A DNA stretch of 64,000 nucleotides. Source: Zwartia sp. (GTDB taxonomy: Bacteria; Pseudomonadota; Gammaproteobacteria; Burkholderiales; Burkholderiaceae_B). The notes below the pieces were generated by a model that was not told the origin of the DNA, did no database searches, and saw only the letters and a list, made by a program, of their open reading frames with translations. The stretch spans positions 162,968 through 226,967 of the forward strand of contig NZ_JBASJR010000013.1 in NCBI RefSeq assembly GCF_049655405.1, in the 5' to 3' direction. Shown here piece by piece: positions 59,001 to 64,000 of the stretch (position 1 is its first letter; each line of letters begins with the position of its first letter). A program made the position numbers and the translations under genes.

Positions 59001-60995
59001 CTAAGGTAAAGACTCTAAAGGCACTGGATAAACAGCTTCACTTGGATCGCTTCCTTTAGCAAGAGAAACCCAAGAACCTGTATCAGCATTAAAACTCTGA
59101 TACTGCCTCAGCTTTGTGTTGAGGCGCATCATGAATTGGGTCTGCGCCGCAACAGACATCGCTTTCCAGCCCTCTTCATCCAAACCCATCACATCGCTTT
59201 TGTAAGGCAAACCCTCGAGGTATTCACCCAACAAACCCATCTGACCAAGTTTTTGAGCATTACCCTGACGCAAATCATTAGGATCGCGTCCCATGGTCGC
59301 CGCGACAGAGCGCAACCGGTCAAACATGTCGGTAGGCGACACCAGCGAAGCATTCGCCGCCTCAACAATTTGCGTCACGACTGAACTCAGGTCGCTCAGC
59401 TGAGATTTTGTCAACAGCACACGTACTTCAGTCGTTGGAATATTTTGTTTGACCAGATCACGGTCACTAATCCATGCTTTAAAAAATGGTGGCGCTTTAG
59501 TGTTGGTTGCACCACCAAGATAAGCAAGCTGCATGGCACGACCGAGCAACGCCGAATCACGTGCAATCGCAGCAGCTGTCGATCCAGCTGGAGCAGGAGG
59601 CGTTGCAGGCGTAGATTGGGTCGCTGTCAATGCACTGCCCGCCACCACCTCCCCCATGGAGGCTTGCTTGATTTGTGTCACGAGTGACTGCCCGAGACTT
59701 TCAATCGTTTCACCAAAAACGTTCACACGTCCTGCGTCAACCGAGTAGTAAAGGGGACGATTGGCAATCGAATTAAAGGCAAGCGTATCGTATTGACGTT
59801 GAGCAGACTGGTGATTCTTGGCTCCCTCTGGTGTTTTGAGGTGCATGACATAAAGCGCCACGCCTTTCTCTTTCGCCAACTCACGCACAGCTTGTGCATC
59901 TAACCCTGTTGCTGAAAGCGGATCGTTGGCGTCCAGCGCACCGGCATCCGTCACAAGAACAATGTAGCGTGCACCAAACTCATTCCAATTGATCTTTTCT
60001 AAGGCTTCTTTGACGCCTGCATAAGGATCTTCATCAAACTTCGGTGTTGAGATTTTCGTTGCTTTTAAATCTTTAATTTTTTCAAAGAAATCTGCACCAT
60101 TTTTGACTTGTGTGGGATCCGCATAAATGCGTGTGTTGTATTCAATCGCCGGTACGGCTGAGAGTGCGGAACGAAATGCCACCAAACCAAATTTGACCTT
60201 ATCGTCAATTTTTTCCTTTTCCATACGCGCATAGATATTTTTCATGACTGCGCGCATCCGCTCAATATAGGGATCCATCGACAAGGTCGAGTCCATCACG
60301 AACACAACGCCTGCACTGAAAGCCTTGATTGAGCTTTGAACAGCTTGCGGACTTACAGCAGGATTGGCATTGGGATCCTGACGACTCACCGAAGCCACTT
60401 GAAGCAAGCGAACATTAAAACCCGCATCACTCATGACCTCTTCAGCTTGCAAAATTGGCAGCAAGTAAAAGTTTTTTCGGAAGTCTACGTATAGCTCAGG
60501 CTCACGTGCAAGGACTTGCGGATTACGTCCGACCTTAGCCATGCTATCCAAGATAGGGGCATAGGTTAAGGCAGGATCGGCAGCGTCGATAATTTTTTCG
60601 ATACTCTCACGATCTTTAAAAAAGAGTGCAAGTGTGCGATTGGCTGGATTGGTAAAGGCCAAAGACATCTGCATTTTCCATTCAACAGAACAAGCAGCAT
60701 CTAACCAACCGATTTTCTTACCAACCGTGTCAACGCCAACTTCAAGCCATGTTTTACCTGCGCTTTCCGTGCGCTGATAAACGTAGTAACGACTGAAGGC
60801 TTCTTGTGCAGCCCCGCTCTGATCACCGGGCTTGGCATAGAGTTTGCAGGTCGGTGTGGTCAGCACACGCTGATAAAGCGTTTTTTTTCCTTCCTGCAAG
60901 AGTGGCTTATTGTTTGCCGCTTGACCGTAGCTCAGCGGCGTCAACAATACACTCGACACACAGAAGAAAAATGACAAAATATTTTTGATCTGCAT
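59001..60995 (-). CDS. Secreted vWA-domain protein (664 aa) with unassigned N- and C-terminal domains
   Basis: Signal peptide (FCVSSVLLTPLSYGQA). Beta-rich N-domain. vWA with MIDAS DSTLS (VVFVMDSTLSM, 60279-60293) and YIVLVTDAG. About 240-aa C-terminal region. Confidence 0.75.
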   Translation of the reverse strand: MQIKNILSFFFCVSSVLLTPLSYGQAANNKPLLQEGKKTLYQRVLTTPTCKLYAKPGDQSGAAQEAFSRYYVYQRTESAGKTWLEVGVDTVGKKIGWLDAACSVEWKMQMSLAFTNPANRTLALFFKDRESIEKIIDAADPALTYAPILDSMAKVGRNPQVLAREPELYVDFRKNFYLLPILQAEEVMSDAGFNVRLLQVASVSRQDPNANPAVSPQAVQSSIKAFSAGVVFVMDSTLSMDPYIERMRAVMKNIYARMEKEKIDDKVKFGLVAFRSALSAVPAIEYNTRIYADPTQVKNGADFFEKIKDLKATKISTPKFDEDPYAGVKEALEKINWNEFGARYIVLVTDAGALDANDPLSATGLDAQAVRELAKEKGVALYVMHLKTPEGAKNHQSAQRQYDTLAFNSIANRPLYYSVDAGRVNVFGETIESLGQSLVTQIKQASMGEVVAGSALTATQSTPATPPAPAGSTAAAIARDSALLGRAMQLAYLGGATNTKAPPFFKAWISDRDLVKQNIPTTEVRVLLTKSQLSDLSSVVTQIVEAANASLVSPTDMFDRLRSVAATMGRDPNDLRQGNAQKLGQMGLLGEYLEGLPYKSDVMGLDEEGWKAMSVAAQTQFMMRLNTKLRQYQSFNADTGSWVSLAKGSDPSEAVYPVPLESLP

Positions 60996-60996
60996 C

Positions 60997-62001
60997 TTAT
61001 TTCCTTAGGGCTTCAAGACGCGTTTTCGCATCAGTATTTTCGGGCTCTTTGGACAGCACCAACTCATACCAGTAGATGGCCGTGTCTTTATCCGCAGCAC
61101 TCAAACAGCCAGCCACGAAAGTCGCAGGATCGAACTCGCGGGCATACGCAAGCGCCACCTTGGCATCGCCAGACTGTCCTTTAAATGCGTAGAGACGCTG
61201 AACAACATCACAACGTTTAGCTTCTTTGGCTGTCGCAATAACAGTTAAAACTTGATTCGAGTCAGGATTGGTTTTTAGGCAAGCCTGGATAAACAGCAAA
61301 TCATCCTTTGTGGCAGTCAATGCTTCCGTACTGCAGGGAGCAGGCTCTGCAGGTGCCACTGGAGGACTCGTGAGTGCAGGATTCACTGTGCTTGATGTGA
61401 TAACAGGCTGAGCAGTTGAGCCAAAATATTTCCAGGCAAAATAGCCTGCGACCACTAATATCAATAAAGCAATCAGCGCGACCCACAAGCCAATTTTTGA
61501 TTGTTTCTGACTAGGCTGAATAATTGGTTCTGGCGCAGGCTCAGCGACCTCTGGCAATGGCGACACAAGACTATCCGCGGCCGCCACCCTCTGCGCATCC
61601 GCAACATGGTTAACAGGATCCGCACTCTGACCCGCAGCGCGAGAAGACAACACGCCATCGCGCAAACGCAGAACGCCTATTGCTTCCTCGGAGCCTATGC
61701 GCACCTGCAGCTGATAGGTCATCTGAGGATTTTCAACAAGCGGGTCAACCAAGCGCGCATCAAGTGCCAACACCACTGAAGTATCAATAAGCTCTTCGGA
61801 CAAACTCACCTGATGCCACGTCTGCGTGGCAGTCCATTGTCCGTGCTCACCTAAATATCGGTGATCTTGATTGCGCTGCACACACACCTCAGCACCTGCA
61901 CCAAACTCTAGACTCTCACGATCCCAGCTTGTCAGAACCAATACTCCCACACCCGGGCGACCACTGGCAGCTGGTTTTAATTCAGGTCTAATCTTTTTCA
62001 T
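60997..62001 (-). CDS. Bitopic membrane protein: cytoplasmic beta-rich N-domain, TM, periplasmic 4-Cys helical (Sel1/TPR-like) domain
   Basis: TM IGLWVALIALLILVVAGYFAWKYF near residues 170-193. C-terminal helical repeats (VALAYAREFDP...AIYWYELVLSKEPENTDAKTRLEAL) with four Cys. ATG shares one base with the upstream stop (TAATG). Confidence 0.55.
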   Translation of the reverse strand: MKKIRPELKPAASGRPGVGVLVLTSWDRESLEFGAGAEVCVQRNQDHRYLGEHGQWTATQTWHQVSLSEELIDTSVVLALDARLVDPLVENPQMTYQLQVRIGSEEAIGVLRLRDGVLSSRAAGQSADPVNHVADAQRVAAADSLVSPLPEVAEPAPEPIIQPSQKQSKIGLWVALIALLILVVAGYFAWKYFGSTAQPVITSSTVNPALTSPPVAPAEPAPCSTEALTATKDDLLFIQACLKTNPDSNQVLTVIATAKEAKRCDVVQRLYAFKGQSGDAKVALAYAREFDPATFVAGCLSAADKDTAIYWYELVLSKEPENTDAKTRLEALRK

Positions 62002-64000
62002 TATTCAGGATTCACTTTTGCTGCATTTAATTTAGCGATGATGGCACCTAGCTCAGCATTTTGTTCGGGCTTGATTTCACGACCTCCATCATGGCCTGCG
62101 TTGTCTAAAACCAATTGTGCAAAGCCTACGAGCCAATCACCCATGTAAATACGCGTATGGTCAATCGCCTCGTTTCCTATGGCTGGCAGTTTTCCTCTTG
62201 GAATCAAAACAGGATGCTCAAAGAGCTTATGTCCTGAATGAATGCGACTGTCTGGGCGCTCAGCAAGAGGCACATTGATGTAGCCTAACCACGCCACAAA
62301 GTCACCCAACAGAGTTTTTGCAGCCATCACTTGCCGATCGACCAGGCGTTCCCGTTTTGTGCCGACCTGATCTGCTCCGCTTAACGCTCCCAACAGCTGT
62401 TTTTGCACATCCAGGCGCGTGGCAGCCGTGATCATTTCGTCGCACAGCATCTCAGTGGCCTCTTTTGACAAGCCAAAATAACTCAGCATCGTCGTTTCGC
62501 TTGGCATGTTTCGTAAGTGCTCAATCCACTCTCGCAAAACAGTCTGAGCAAAGCGCGCATCACTACTTAACGAAGATTTTGTTTGCATGCTCGAGGCAGT
62601 GACAGATTTTTTCTGGTCACCAAAAATATCGAGTGCATCGTCTAATCCAAAAATATCATCGCCTAGATTAAGAGCACCAGGCACGTCGATGTTTTCTGTT
62701 GACTCGGTGGGCTGAGAGGAATTTTCGGCGCCCATATACAAGCCTTGCAACACGGAATCTGGCAGTCGTAATTTTTCTTGCAACTCAGCAAGAAGCGGAA
62801 TACGCGGTTTTAAAGCCGTCACGACCTGCTGGGCAATTTTTCGCTTTGCCTCGATCTCACCCATGCCATCCTGGTGAAACCAACGACCCAGGCGATTACT
62901 CATCAAGTCATGCAGCACCGCATCCATTTGCTCAGCGATACGCTCCAACTTGACCTGACGCACAGATACTTTAGCCAGGTATTCGCTCAAACGCTCTACA
63001 CCACCATCATTGAGTGCCATCATTGCCTGCCATGCTGCTGCAGGCTCGGACACATGACTTTGAATCAACTCAGCATGACTAAAAATACGTTCCATTAAGG
63101 CCAATTGGCTCGCAGAGGAGGCATTCGCCGCCTTTTCCTGTCCGTTTTCCATTTCTAAAAACGCGACGGGCATACGTGGCTTACGGACTAAGAACGTATT
63201 ATTAAAAGCGCTACCATTGGCCCAATCTTGCATCCAGTCAAAACTGCCGAAACGCTCTAGCATCGTCATTTTGACGAGATTATTCCAAACGGTGTGCAAC
63301 ATATCCTCGTCTTTCGTGAGCGAGTCAGCAATCTTGATGTCAAACATCGTGACGGCCCAAATCAATCCAGGCAAACGCTTTGCGCGCTCTGAGGACGTCG
63401 CACCTTGAGTTTTGCGGATCCACTCAGTCAGGACGGGTCCAACCTCTGTGACATCCGACTGTTTGTGTGAGGCCGTGCACACGACCAACACATTCATTTC
63501 CTGCGTGTCGGTATAGCGTTCAAACAGATAAGCAACTTTGCCGCGCAATAACAATTGCGCCACAGGATTACCTGACTTTTCCTTGCCCTGCGCAGACGAG
63601 ATATCAACCAGATTATCCAACCCCAAACGTCCGCGATAACCCGGAAAATCAAGCAGATCGACTTCTTCAAAAATCTTTTGATGCGGGACATTAATCAGAG
63701 GAAAGATCAACTCAGCTGTCAGCGCAGCCAACTGTGCCATCGTTAAGCGCTGTGCGACACCGATTTTTCCCTCACATAACGGCAACACATCAATCGGCAA
63801 ATCTTCTGTGCGACCCAAACGTTCCAACATATCAACGTTCATGATGCTATCGGCTTGCGAAAGCGAGCCACCCGGACCTGTTGGGCGAACCACTGCCTCA
63901 ATAGGGGCGTAGACGCGCGTCGGATAGCCCAGCGCTGCCAAGGTCTGGGACAGCATCAAAAATGTTTGAGTTAAAGCTGGCGATTGACGCCACAAACAAG
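62001..64000 (-). CDS. SrfC-like putative NTPase ('putative virulence factor' family), 5' end outside window
   Basis: Frame is open to the window edge, so the TTG at 63995 is not a real start. VDLLDFPGYRGR (DxxG/Walker-B-like, 63639-63659) and NPVAQLLLRGKVAYLFERYT match what I remember of Salmonella SrfC. The P-loop is expected upstream, outside the window. Confidence 0.6.
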   Translation of the reverse strand, partial: CLWRQSPALTQTFLMLSQTLAALGYPTRVYAPIEAVVRPTGPGGSLSQADSIMNVDMLERLGRTEDLPIDVLPLCEGKIGVAQRLTMAQLAALTAELIFPLINVPHQKIFEEVDLLDFPGYRGRLGLDNLVDISSAQGKEKSGNPVAQLLLRGKVAYLFERYTDTQEMNVLVVCTASHKQSDVTEVGPVLTEWIRKTQGATSSERAKRLPGLIWAVTMFDIKIADSLTKDEDMLHTVWNNLVKMTMLERFGSFDWMQDWANGSAFNNTFLVRKPRMPVAFLEMENGQEKAANASSASQLALMERIFSHAELIQSHVSEPAAAWQAMMALNDGGVERLSEYLAKVSVRQVKLERIAEQMDAVLHDLMSNRLGRWFHQDGMGEIEAKRKIAQQVVTALKPRIPLLAELQEKLRLPDSVLQGLYMGAENSSQPTESTENIDVPGALNLGDDIFGLDDALDIFGDQKKSVTASSMQTKSSLSSDARFAQTVLREWIEHLRNMPSETTMLSYFGLSKEATEMLCDEMITAATRLDVQKQLLGALSGADQVGTKRERLVDRQVMAAKTLLGDFVAWLGYINVPLAERPDSRIHSGHKLFEHPVLIPRGKLPAIGNEAIDHTRIYMGDWLVGFAQLVLDNAGHDGGREIKPEQNAELGAIIAKLNAAKVNPE

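Noticed and set aside
52673-64000. Calling the locus a type VI secretion accessory (TagQRST-PpkA) cluster
   Set aside because: Only the domain classes match. No Hanks kinase, PP2C, FHA, TssA-M, Hcp or VgrG gene is in the 64 kb, and gene order differs. The resemblance is reported as an analogy, not an annotation.
1-64000. Search by eye for tRNA/rRNA genes, CRISPR repeats, IS elements, integrases and prophage genes
   Set aside because: No intergenic gap exceeds about 220 bp, no regularly spaced direct repeats were seen, and no ORF shows transposase, integrase or phage motifs. A computational scan (tRNAscan-SE, Infernal, ISfinder) would be needed for certainty.

Overview
64-kb chromosomal segment with a betaproteobacterial (Burkholderiales-type) gene order and moderate GC by eye. 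I call 61 densely packed protein-coding genes. I saw no rRNA, tRNA, CRISPR array, transposase or integrase. All family calls come from motifs read in the supplied translations plus remembered synteny; no similarity search was run. About a dozen start codons were moved from the ORF-track values (it takes the longest ORF, including TTG/GTG starts).

Layout:
(1) 1-26.3 kb is a housekeeping core: SPOR protein-cvpA-purF, dsbB, glnD, map, then rpsB-tsf-pyrH-frr-uppS-cdsA-dxr-rseP-bamA-skp-lpxD-fabZ-lpxA-lpxB-rnhB-trmH-like, ppsR/ppsA, smpB.
(2) 26.3-32.5 kb carries an MBOAT + DHHW + SGNH O-acyl-transfer triad and a LysM lytic transglycosylase. It lies between smpB and ratA-rnfH, which I remember as neighbours in other genomes.
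(3) 32.5-52.6 kb is mixed. It holds a valine-catabolism operon, ygfZ, mltG-tmk-holB-tatD, a periplasmic ankyrin protein, a prx-phr-gpx-DUF3298 stress operon, and assorted metabolic and transport genes.
(4) 52.7-64.0 kb, minus strand, running off the window edge, is the main candidate for an undescribed system. Nine translationally coupled genes encode an SrfC-like NTPase (5' truncated), a bitopic membrane protein, a secreted vWA protein, an ABC ATPase, a MacB/FtsX-type permease, a cysteine-less FGE-fold protein, two coiled-coil lipoproteins, and a bitopic protein with a TonB-like EP/KP rod tipped by a vWA domain.

This domain inventory parallels TagQ/R/S/T plus the vWA ectodomain of PpkA from the P. 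aeruginosa H1-T6SS activation pathway. However, no kinase, phosphatase, FHA or T6SS core gene is present in the window.
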